NCBI GenBank assembly: GCA_000320545.1
Contig: ADNK01000875.1
Span: 62,001-126,000 of the forward strand
Length of the DNA stretch: 64,000 nt
Source of the DNA: Bigelowiella natans CCMP2755
Lineage: Eukaryota > Protista > Cercozoa
Direction: 5' to 3'
Shown here: positions 52,688-64,000 of the stretch, piece after piece
Position numbering within the stretch: the stretch's first letter is position 1
Layout: the number at the start of each line of letters is the position of its first letter
Notes under the pieces: model-generated
The model's database searches: none
Seen by the model: only the letters and a program-made list of their open reading frames with translations
Told to the model about the DNA's origin: nothing
Program-made: the position numbers and the translations under genes

Positions 52688-53371
52688 TTACTTGGAGAGT
52701 GTGAGAGCGTAAGCCATAGCCTCATGAACTTCAAGAGCGATTTCAGCGTTAGTTTTTTCCTCGGCATCTTTTGCTGAACAAATCATTTTTAACGAGAGTC
52801 AAGACTGGGAAACCCCTAGGATTTGAAAATTGATCTTAGAGCTCACCTGATGCAACCTCGCCTTGGTACTTTGCAATGCCAGCATTCACAGCAGCGCTGT
52901 CCAACTCAGAGACTTCAACAGCTTCAGCTGCAGTAACAGAGGCAACAGCATCATCGCGAACTACAGCAAATCCCCCGCTAACGAAATAATGGCTGATGTC
53001 GGTGTCGGTCTTGTAAACAGACACAACTCCTGGCTTGAGTTGTGCAATGGTTGGAACGTGACCAGCAAGGATACCGAAGTCACCGGACACAGCAGGAACC
53101 AGAACCATCTTCACTGTATCTTCCCCAATGATAGACGAAGTAGGAGTGTTGAACCTGAACTTAAGTCCATCAGCAGATGCAGCCGAGGCGCCAGCATCTG
53201 CACGGAGAGCCCTGCGGAGGAAACGAGTAGCCCTAATAGTTCCAGGACCACAGTCACCAAAAGAACATGATTTATCAAAATGATTCCATCTGTGCGTGCA
53301 AGTCTACATTTTTTAAGGAGCCAGGTTGGGTCACAAATTGGAAGGCAGAGGGGGGGTGCGTACCTAATCAT
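52688..53371 (-). CDS. ATP5F1D: Mitochondrial ATP synthase F1 subunit delta
   Basis: Presequence MIRATRFLRRALR; VPAVSGDFGILAGHVPTIAQLKPGVV, YFVSGGFA, AEIALEVHEAM. Confidence 0.95.
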
Positions 53372-54246
53372 TCTCTGTCTATGTCTGCAGAGATTTCCAA
53401 CCTCAGAGCTATGCGCGAAATCTTTTATGATTATATTGAAAGACATCATTCTGGCCATGTCGTAGTCATGATAAAGACTAGAATCACCAAAATCACTGAC
53501 CGTGAAGGGTGCAATGCTATGTTGACTGCTTTAATAAATTTCAAGACTGGCGTATCGATGAAAATTGCCGCAGAATGATCAATTTTTAGTTATAAATGCA
53601 AACTTTCACTAAAGATTATGGATAAATGACGACCAAATTGCGTTGCATAAGGAAACAATTATTCAGTCTTTAGCTCTGAGATATTGATAGCGAAAAAATC
53701 GTGCAGAATATTCGGTACGAAGTCCTCCTTCTCGTGGTCTTCGGAGAATATCGCACACACATTTTATAAATATTGTGTGATAAAATTTCATGCCGTACTA
53801 CTGATATTAAATGTAATTATATAACGATAAATTACATAAGAATACTTTAAAATCTGAAAAAGTAGTGTTTCTCAGGCTTTGTGCCCGTTACTGACGAAGT
53901 GCGAGACTTGGGAGAGACTCGTGCGGTCCTGTAGAATCTCGAGAAGTCTCTCACCACAAGAATTTCGAATTTTTGAAATAACTTAGTGTTTTGGGGCACA
54001 GATGTTGTTCTAGGGAGGGCCTCATCGAACGGGACTCTCGATGAAGTTCACATCGAATGCTCTTGCAGTCATCCTGCTCATCGCAGAGCTCGCTTTATCC
54101 ATGCAGATTCACGAAAAAGGTCGGTATTCTCATGTCATTCTAACATAGAACCCTTTCCACTAATAACCTGCACGTGCCATTGAATAAAAGATTTAGCACA
54201 CAGAGCGGTTCTTCCCGAAGCAAGCGAACAAAGTTCTGTTTCTAGA

Positions 54247-55002
54247 TTGCATGAATCACGGGCAGCAGTTGGATTGATCAGCAAAGCCAGGGATGAAATG
54301 ATGAGTATGCACAAGTTAGTGGGAACTCTGTTGGAGAGAATCGACGACGGGAACAATCTTTCCGTTGCAATGAAGCATGAACTTCAAAGAGTCAATATGA
54401 ACTTGATGGGCGTCAAAGAATTGCTATGGCGAGCCTCTTCATTCCCCTCTCGCCTGAATAATGAATCATCATCAACAACAACATCGTCATCATCGTCGCC
54501 ATCATCAACAATAACAAATGGTAGCCCCAAGGTTATGGAATGGAAATGTGAGGATCGCTCCCGAATGTGGCATCGCAAAGAATTCTATAACTTGCAGTCG
54601 GGATACTGTAGTAGCACCAGAGACTCAAAAATTGGGACACATAACAGCCCCTTGGTTACTAGTGAAGGTGGTGGGAAGACTGTTTCTAATGAACATGCGA
54701 CTGAGGAACATCATCGCCAAAAGCAAGATCACTTCCTCTCTGGACTTAGAAAAAGCGGTACCACTTCTCCCTTAAGACATGGAGGTACTTCTAATGTGAC
54801 CGGAGAAGAGGGCAATATCTTAAAAAAAATAACAAACACTGACACCAAAGTGGCCGCTAGCATGCGTATGACTGCATCCGGGATGGGAGCGACTCATGAA
54901 GGTTTCTACGAAAAAAGTCCTTGGTTTCGGCTATCTTTTCAGGTCGCCACTCCGTCGATACCTAACGATGTTGTACAATTTAAGTTTCTCAAACTAAATT
55001 AG
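54247..55002 (+). CDS. Hypothetical coiled-coil/low-complexity exon (possibly the N-terminal part of the DUF3105 gene)
   Basis: 251-codon ORF; no family recognised. Confidence 0.45.
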   Translation: MHESRAAVGLISKARDEMMSMHKLVGTLLERIDDGNNLSVAMKHELQRVNMNLMGVKELLWRASSFPSRLNNESSSTTTSSSSSPSSTITNGSPKVMEWKCEDRSRMWHRKEFYNLQSGYCSSTRDSKIGTHNSPLVTSEGGGKTVSNEHATEEHHRQKQDHFLSGLRKSGTTSPLRHGGTSNVTGEEGNILKKITNTDTKVAASMRMTASGMGATHEGFYEKSPWFRLSFQVATPSIPNDVVQFKFLKLN

Positions 55003-55194
55003 TTTGCCAAAAATTTTCCTCAACATTTTCTTGATCCTTGTTTTGTGACGAGGCCTCGTAAAGTTTTCTAATTCGAGTTCTCCACTCCAAAAAATACAAT
55101 TTATACATTGTAGTTTATTAGAAATAATAAGTATGTGCGACCCAATGTTCCTTGTTAAATTGCATGTCTACCCTCCGCGCACTATCATTGCCTA

Positions 55195-55372
55195 ATGCGA
55201 CCACTGTTGTTGCTAATATCTCATCAGGCGTGCAACGACAGCTGGTGCCACCGACACGTCGGTCCTGAAGCTGAAAGTAGGCACCTATCACTTTTATCCA
55301 TTTACAACTCTTCCATACTTCCAGCCCCATCCTCAGGAGAGCACAGACCGGTTTGGGCGAAGGTCATTATGT

Positions 55373-55419
<47 letters not shown>

Positions 55420-56323
55420 TACAGCACACACACGCTCATATTGGTGATATCCAGAGAGATGTACTATAGATGATAGTGATCACGATTAAAGCATATTGTC
55501 AGCTTTAGACCAATTGCAGCAAAAAACAAACCGGAAAGAAACCATCATGAAAAATTGAGAATTCTCCAAGACATCGGGATTGAACCTTTCAGTAATATAT
55601 AAATTTCCTCAGTGGGGAGAATATCAACAACTGTGGCCCGAACGATGGATTCACAATCTAGAGCATGGCGGTAGTGCGCTCCCCGTACATCTTCCTTTTC
55701 GCCAGTAGAGTATAATGTATACGGAGCTGTGCTCTGAAATGTCATAATAGTATCCTTTTCATTTTTGTAATAAGGGATAGCATTTCTGTACCATCCCTGC
55801 GCGAGCCAAGAGACAGTTGATCAGCTTCGGTAGTTTTCCCTTTATGATCGATCCGCCCTGTCGTAGCCGTTGTAGTCCCCATCGTTTGTCCCCATCGTTT
55901 TGTGACTTTGAGGTTTTAGATGGTGGCCCTATGTGTGTGCGTGTGTGTGTGCGTGTTGTGGTAGCCATTTAGCTAAGACATTCGATCCAGCTGGGGGACG
56001 CTTTCGCTACATCCTCACCCCGTACGTGTTGTTTCTAATAGAATAGAGGGAATGCTCGAGAGATGAAATTATTGCGCATGAGATGACAATTGAGTCTCAA
56101 GTGAGCTCTATTGAACAATGGATTGTGGTTGATAATCAACAGATATCCGAAGCTGCAATCGGCCATTGGTTTGGCATCATGGCAGTGGCTGTTTGAAGCT
56201 GATTGCCCAGGATCCCCTGCTGTATCACAGGAAATGCGCCGATTTATGACCGAGCACTACCGTCATGCGAGAGAGGATCTTCCTTGGGATGGTGTCTTTA
56301 ATGAGACTTGGATTAGGTATTAA
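55195..56323 (+). CDS. DUF3105 family protein
   Basis: PSSGEHRPVWAKWGEY..LWPERWIHNLEHGG.AFLYHPC...LASW. Confidence 0.8.
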
Positions 56324-57177
56324 GCGCCAGTGGCACAATTAATGAAGCCAGTAGAAGTTCGCTCGAATCTATCGTTGTAGTATTGACCACAGGCTAGAGT
56401 AAGCAAAAAATGTCTACATGTGATGTTATTGCATCATACAATTATTTATGTAACAGCAATTTGTCAACTACGCTGCGTAATTTTCGCTAAATTTGCACAG
56501 TCAGTGATCTGAGACGATGTGCAGCCGGCCTTGAGCACTTCAATGTGCATTGCTAGCAGCAAAAGAGCTAGTGAACGACATATAGATGTACCCACAGGAA
56601 TCGCGCAAGTTACGTGTCTGTGTTTTACTTAAGCGACTACACCGCCCGCCTCTATTCATTGGGCGGCGGCAGGCCTGGTACATACTAGCACATTGTGCAT
56701 CGCTAGATCGCACGATCGTCGGTTCTATCTGCTCGTTCGATTAGCCATGCTAGCATGCGCTTATGCTAGCACTAGCTAGCTAGCTAGCTAGAGCTGAACA
56801 GTGACAAGCGTTAGCTATCAGAATCCGCCTGCTCTAGTGTTATTAGCCTGCGTTGTTGTCACACATGCTAGCTCATGTACATGCATCTAGTGTTCATCTA
56901 GGCATACGTACATGCTACCATGCAGCGCTAGTAGCTGTATGTAATGCTAGATTACATACGCTCTTGATCGTTCTTGCGATATTGAAGTTTATTCTAATGT
57001 ACGTACCATGCATGTTCATAGTAATTGCTAGATAGATTTGAAAGAGAAGCTATATATACACATCTCGACATGTATGTGTATGTAGCATGGCGGTGTACGT
57101 GCGACTGCGGCTACATGTATCTGTCTTGATGTATGCATGCATAGTCCACGTGTGGCTGCATGTGCGTGCGCGCGCGC

Positions 57178-57208
<31 letters not shown>

Positions 57209-57299
57209 GCTGTGTCTACTCAATAATCACATGCGCATTTATAATTTATAATATATATTGACACATTGCACCCTAATTTATCTTGATGCCATACTTGAC

Positions 57300-60013
57300 T
57301 TATTCCAACACGTCTAAGACTGCATTTAAGTTGACTTCGCCACTTCTTCTAGACTTGACCTTCTCTATAGCATCCAACACCATGCCTTTCCCGTAGCCAA
57401 ATTGCATCGCGCATTCCAAAACTTTCTGTTCCGCCTCCGCTTGTCGTCTAGTGCGTTGTTTCTGCTGCTGCTGTTTGTGTTTCTGAAGCTGCGAACCAGT
57501 CGCTTTTTGATGCCTCTTGCCATTCAAATGTGGTACACTGTGGCCTCCTCTTTCTCCTCCTCCTGCCACTGAGGAGTGGTTGTTTTGAATACCACCATTA
57601 CCCTCCTTCTGCTTCATGTCGAGGGCCTTGAGTTTTGCTAGTAGCTCCTCTCTTGTGTGGTTTAGACTTGCACCCTTTCTTTCTTGCAGCAACTCTGGGG
57701 ACATCTTTGTGATCCTGAGGGGAATAATGGAAGAAAGAAGTAGGAATCATAAGGAGATCAGGAATAACGGAATCGACATAGCAGAAGAAATATGTTAATA
57801 TTATCAACATACGCTATGTCTCGTATTGTTCACATTTGTATTCATTCCCAATAACAAGTTGCACGCATTAATGTGTTTTGCTCTTTCTCTCGTCGTTACG
57901 ATACATAATACACGTATATTCATCCATAGCAGCATCGTACCCCCCATCAAACCGAATCCACGGTTCTCCCATCGAGTTGAGGTAGTAGTTGCAGGTATGG
58001 GTATCTTTATCGGGGCCTTGCACGCTCACACGGACAACGTACCGATCAGTCATTCCGAAAACCTCTATGGTATGTAATAGTATGACGATAGTGCTAACAC
58101 GCTTTGTACTGATGGTGTCTTTCAGAGCAGAAGAACAACTTTGTGCAGCAGGTTAGATACGTACACAAGGAGACAATCCACAGCATACTTCTTTGTGTGA
58201 CGATCGTACCTTCGAAGGAGCATTTTTGATAAACTTTCAAGAAAGCCATGCTGTAGCGGTTAGGATCTACTGGCGGCGTGAATCTTTGCATGTAGTAATC
58301 CAAGTCATTCCGCGCTATGTCGCGCTGATACCTTAAAGTGTATATTCATTAATGTGTGCAGATATATAATTACATTATGGTGTGGAATCTGTTTCTAGTT
58401 CGCCCATGCATATAATGTTTGCAGGCGCGATAGTCCTAATCGTCGTCGCCGTCAGCTGGACTTTAGGAAGCCAGGTGATGTTTTACCGAGTTAGTTTCAT
58501 TCCACCAGTATTATGAATCGCCAAAACCATCATCATCGTTATCACCATCATCATCCTCATCATAATTATGCTTTACTTGTTGAGCAGAAGGCCAGACACG
58601 ACGCCATCGTCTTCAATGCCAAAGTATATCTGCCCCCCACTGCATATGAAAGAGAATCTAAATTCCGTGTCGGAAGAGTTCATGCGCCTCTTTTCTGATC
58701 TCCCTGTACCCCGCTTCTCATTACTACGACATCCTCACCAATACAACATCTCACCTTGAATTTAGGAAAGCGCATATGTATTTGTTACAAGTGGACCCAA
58801 TTGCTCTCTCCGGAGAGCGGGAATTAGCCTGAAGAGAAAGGAGAGGAATAATAAGAGAATTTATTGATTGAAAAACAAAACATGTTTTTTGGAAGAAAAA
58901 GCAAAGGAAATCGAAACACAAGGAATTGGGAGCAGATCAAAACTATAATAAATGTGTAGCGAGTGAGAAAAACTACTACGAGTATAAGATTTTCGGGGAT
59001 AGCAGAAGAGGCTTTCTCTTTCTTCTTCACCAAGTACTAATACTCTTCAATTCATCTTGTTCTCGTAATACAACCAGAGATTTAAATTCCGTAGTACGAT
59101 CCTCCTCTCGTTGAAACTTTTCCGCAAGCAGCATATAGGGCCGTATGTCCTGGTAAGGAGAAGCAGAGAATGGAAATGTCAAAATAAATCCCTCCTCCTT
59201 TCATATGTCTCTGTAACCAAAGAAGCACCTTGGCTACAATTCCAATGATAGGCAGCTCTTCCATGAAAAAGTCGACGCGTTCGCCAACTCTTAATGGTTC
59301 CTAAGGTCGGGGGTGGGGAGAACCGGGGAGGAAAGGGGCATAGCCACTCGAGTTCATTTCTAGAGAAATAATGCGCACTGATAGTAACAAGAGTAACAAC
59401 CTTGAACTTGCGGAACGATTTTTTGAAAAACACTTTCCTCTGGCTCGCCGCCTCAGTGATGAACCCATAGTTGCATCGTACGCTCTTGACCACACCACGA
59501 CTTCGTCCACTCAAGCTGTGCTGCATTTGTTTATTTGGCACATTCTTAGCATCCCCTTGCACATTTCCCTGTTTGTTATCGTCTTGGGAAGATGATAGCG
59601 GAGGGGCTGGTTTTATCTCATATATTTCTTTCGCACGTTCCCTTCCTTGCATACCCATTGCTATGTAAAACTGAACCTGAAAATCGGAGAAATGTTGTCG
59701 TACGATCAACGAAATTATAGTCAGTAAGTACCACTGTTGGCGTGAAGTTAAAGGCATACAGTGCAGCTATTTATCGAGTGTGTACCTCCATGCCAACCTG
59801 AGGACCATTTCGATCCTTAACCTTGAAATCCTTAATGTGGAAGAATATGTCCTGACTGATATCATGCCTCCCTATGAAGCCATAACCCTTGTCTTGGTAG
59901 AAGTCCTGAGAGAAATATTACGTTAGGTCGTCCTACAATGATAAATCAGAAGCAATGAGAAATAATACACGATGTACCTTTATAGTTCCAGTCTCTCTTC
60001 GAGGCATCGACAT
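57300..60013 (-). CDS. Cold-shock-domain protein (two or more CSDs) with a UBA-like C-terminal helix bundle
   Basis: GTIK..YQDKGYGFI...DIFFH; GVVKSVRCNYGFI..KVFF; C-terminus AMQFGYGKGMVLDAIEK...VNLNAVLDVLE. Confidence 0.7.
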
Positions 60014-60578
60014 TTCTGCCTTCCTTTGCTGCTCCTTTGCGTTTAAGCACTTAAATGACTGAATACAGTTTTGTCGAAATGAATCGTAAAAGGTGGTCCT
60101 CCGGTCCACACCCAAATGTAATGACAAAGTACCTTCCTACACACAAAGACGGAACTTAAGGGTCGTCCACCATTCCCTTACCGTTGTTGTTAATGTTGCG
60201 CATGATTGACTTTTCAGACCTAAATATTATGGATATTTTTCAATATATTTGCATCGGATGGCGGTATTATTCGCCGGCAACTACATATTCACCTACTTCC
60301 TTCAATGGGTGCTCCAACGTTGAGGTCTACGGAATATTGATAACCGAACTTTTATTTTAAAAAAAAGAGCAAATAAAATTTCGTCAGTACATCCTTGAAA
60401 ATACGACATGGACAAAACAAAACTTATACCAGAAACTACTTAAAAAAATGCAGAAGATTTTCGCACACATAAATTTGTTGGAAGCACGGCACCGAAGAAT
60501 TCCTTCATTCCTTCCCTGCTTCTTAACCAGACCACGTGATTGCACACATACAGTTGGTATGGTCCAGCGCACGGGGAC

Positions 60579-62063
60579 ATGATGGCGAATGCTATGATCC
60601 TCATCCTTGCCGCGCTCTCTGCTTCTTCTAGTACTCTTCACATCCATCAATCGAATGTGATTCCGAGGGAGCGATTACTACCAGTCCGATCTCGCCACCG
60701 ACCGTCGTTATGCACATCACATCGCATCTCCGGTCCCAAGCGAGCAGAGAGGGGGAACGTTATCTGCAGCGCTGCACGGATCCCCGACGACGAATGGTCG
60801 AGCATGTGGAGGGATGCAGACGCACGGATCGTTGAGGCCTGGGGAGACGGCAAAGAGACCTCACGGTTGCGCCATTTCGCACGGTACCTTTATCGCCAGG
60901 AGGAGGTAATAATGCCTTCATTAAGTCTTGTCTGTACTACCACCACCCCATTCCGATGTTGGATCTGTGTGATTTCCCGCTGAACTTTAGATTCCCCGAG
61001 ATGATTTGGCTGACGGGCAGTTAGTGAATCGAGCATACTTTCCTGGCCTGACTGCCCGACCCTGGTGGGACGAGAGCGGCTTCCCCGCCGCAAATGTTCT
61101 AGAGGGACGTGCCCAGGAGATATTGTCCGCACACCGCAACGTTCAGGCTCTGGTCAGCAACACTGCTCGATTCGACAAGGTTCGGAAAAACACAGCGATC
61201 ACATCCATGCGTAGATCGAACGCACGCTCTAAGTGCATGGCGCACGTGTTGTTTTGCAGACGAGCCACGATGGATATGGAGTCGACCAACTCATGGTTTC
61301 CGGAACTCGCACGCCTGCATTCGAGTCCGTGAGATACACAAGGCTAGTCCGAACTCTCGTCGAAGCCGGCCTGGACGACTCCCCCCGATCCATCATGCTT
61401 AGTAGCCAAGCCCCGGGGACAGGCCTCCCGAGTCACAGTGACGAGCTCAACTTCGTGTTGACTTTGCACCTGGGATTGGAGGTCCCTCGCCAGGGCTCAG
61501 TGTGGATTGAAGTTGCGGGGGAGAGGAGGACATGGGCAGAGGGAAAGGCGATCGTCTTCGACTCGTCGTTTGAACACAAGACCGTTAACGAAGGAAAATC
61601 TGGTGAAATGAAATTATGTAGCATCTCCTAGTGTAGCAAAACAATGGAATGCGTTTAATGATGCCGTTGTCCCCCAAAAGGAAATATAGGTATTCCTTCT
61701 TTTTGATTATTCTTCCCTCGTACAATTGTATGCATCATATACTTACCAATCTCATGTTTAACACTGAGCTTCGTTGCAGCACGTCACATTCTTCTAGTTG
61801 ATCTCTGGCACCCAGAACTGACTGAAGTGGAGAAAGACGGGATAATATGGCTTTATCGCTTCCGATCCGAGTGGCTAGCAAGATATCTTGCACCGATATG
61901 GGATGCAAAGCAAAAGTTCAGGGGGCTCTCCACACCCGGGCATGTGAAGAGAAAAGGGGAAAGAATATACTATGAAATTTCGCCCCCGCCACCACAGCTT
62001 CCGGCCCTACACCTCCCGCTGAGAGACATTGCAGCGAAACAATGGACCAAAACCAAAAGATAA
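60579..62063 (+). CDS. Aspartyl/asparaginyl beta-hydroxylase-family 2OG-Fe(II) oxygenase
   Basis: YFPGLTARPWWD, PGTGLPSHSD..NFVLTLHLGL, WAEGKAIVFDSSFEH, LVDLWHPELT. Confidence 0.9.
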
Positions 62064-62599
62064 TACTTTGCAGCACGCTGATGCACATATTGAGGATTGC
62101 ATGCTAGCATGTGCGATCGACGCACTAGCAGCTAGGCTAGTACCAGACTAGTAGAGTAGGGCGCGTGAGTCTAAGAGGCTCTGCTAGCTCTGGTTGGAAT
62201 TGCTAGTCGTTTGTAACAAATTTATTCACTCATCGCCATATAATGAAGCAATATTTCGTTTTGCATTGGCGCTTCGATTCGTAACTGCAACATGCACCTG
62301 CTTCGCTCTATCACTAGCTGTATGATCACGTCCGCGCGCACTGCTCCAATGCATCGCATGGATGAAAAACCGTCATTCCCGACTATCGCCCAAGTCTTCT
62401 CTCAACTATGATGCCATGCGTGTGCAAGGCTGCGTCTAGACGTAATGAAATGCACTACAACGCACAATGTCACCATCATCTTAACATGATCAATGCTCAT
62501 GCCATTGTCTTAGGTAGCCCATCTAGCCATCGAATCAAATCTCTAGCTGATTGATGTACGTTGCACGTATGAAACAGTTCGCATCAAGTTTATCTGACA

Positions 62600-63046
62600 T
62601 CATACAGCTGTGAGCTCTTTGTTATTGGCCGGCGATGACTCTTTAACCGGCGGCTCTTTTGTTGGCGACACTTTTGTACTGCTAGTAACCTTTGAAGCTG
62701 TTCTTGGGGTAGTACTTTCAGAGATTGTAGTCGACTCCATAGCACTCTTCAGATCTGATATTTCAAGCTTGCTCTTCAATTCAGGTTTACTTTTGTACTT
62801 CAACGAGTTTCTTTCTAGCAGGTGCTTTATGAGCTCCTCGAGCGGTCCCCTATCATCCTGATTATGATATTCAGGCTATGATTTTATCTCGTGATGGGCA
62901 TCATGTCGAAAAACCGAAAAATCTACAACAGTTTTGTGGCATTGCCTTGGGTATCAGCTGAAAATTCATTGCAAATAGAATGAAATGCTTGAAAGAAGTA
63001 TTAAGGTGGACTTCTCCAGCTGCTTTTTGGATCTTGACGTAACAAG

Positions 63047-63086
<40 letters not shown>

Positions 63087-63824
63087 GTTAGTCAAATAAA
63101 TGTTGTAGAGCTATCAGAGATTTCGTTTTTGTACGATAAAAAGCGCCTTGTATGTGAATACTTCAGTGTGTGTACACATGAATGAGTGTTTTTCATCTGG
63201 TTGCGATTCTTCTCGTGTATCGAAAGGAGAGACATGCACATAGTGTACCTGTTCGTAGTGATGGTGATAGAGATGGGCGTACACACGAAATAGACGACGA
63301 AAAATTGTCTACAAGTGAATAAAGAGCTTTATACCAAACGAGTACCTTACACGAAGTCAAATTATATTTTCTCTGTATCACCTTGACTACTTTTTTAAAG
63401 TTTTTCGGGAAATTGTTCGAGTTCACCGGAAATATTTCCTTGAAAAGATACAGTTTAAGTACATCCTGCCGTGTTGGCGTGTGAGATAAACCTCATCATC
63501 GAGCTGCGACTCGACCCAAGTCATCAAGTTATCCATATATTCTGTCGCACTTTATGAAAAGTTCAAGAGATTATTTTTGCATGCTTATTTAGAGAACTTT
63601 GAGTTAACGAGAAAACAAACTCTTCTGACCTGAGACACACTGGCGATTTATATCTCACTCCATCAGCCCACATATATGTATATTTCGGTCCAGCTCGCAT
63701 CTAGACGAAGGATGATTATACATCAAGATGAGAAGGGAGGGACGACAAGTAAAGAGACTTGGTTGCGTCAGTTCTTCACAAAAAGTAGAACCAGAGGAAG
63801 TGTAGATATTTGCCACTGAACACA

Positions 63825-63881
<57 letters not shown>

Positions 63882-64000
63882 ATGTCGAGAGAAGAAAAAA
63901 AAATGAGAGAAATGAGTGAGAGAAAGAGACACTTCCTACCACTGGGCATGTCTGCTGGGTACATATATCATCCGAAAGGAGAGAACCGAGCATCAAACTC
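62600..64000 (-). CDS. Hypothetical protein, 3' exons (continues off the right edge)
   Basis: Exon-like minus-strand segments separated by microsatellite-bearing introns; last exon 62600-62860. Confidence 0.5.

Overview
Gene-dense, intron-rich eukaryotic nuclear DNA. It is probably from a protist; a signal-plus-transit-peptide protein suggests a secondary-plastid alga such as a chlorarachniophyte (inference). Recognisable genes: myosin (partial), PqaA/AprA-like hydrolase, beta-ureidopropionase, ankyrin protein, Cys-less pentameric ion channel, AP-2 mu, STIMATE-like, HxxxD acyltransferase, ARPC5, MyTH4/Pro-rich protein, mitochondrial ATP synthase delta, DUF3105, a cold-shock-domain protein and an Asp/Asn beta-hydroxylase. 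A very young Ty3/Gypsy LTR retrotransposon (9479-15191) has identical 326-bp LTRs and an ACAT TSD. Two signals stand out. (1) Intergenic zones downstream of gene 3' ends, including TE relics, are nearly stripped of TpA (apparently TA->CA/TG) except in CTAG, which is strongly enriched and often tandem. Promoters, gene bodies and the young element are unaffected. This suggests an undescribed RIP-like hypermutation or a base modification. (2) The Gypsy integrase ends in a degenerate Dam/DIRS-type N6-adenine methyltransferase-like domain where a chromodomain would usually be, and the element sits inside one of these zones. All counts were made by eye, and exon boundaries are approximate.
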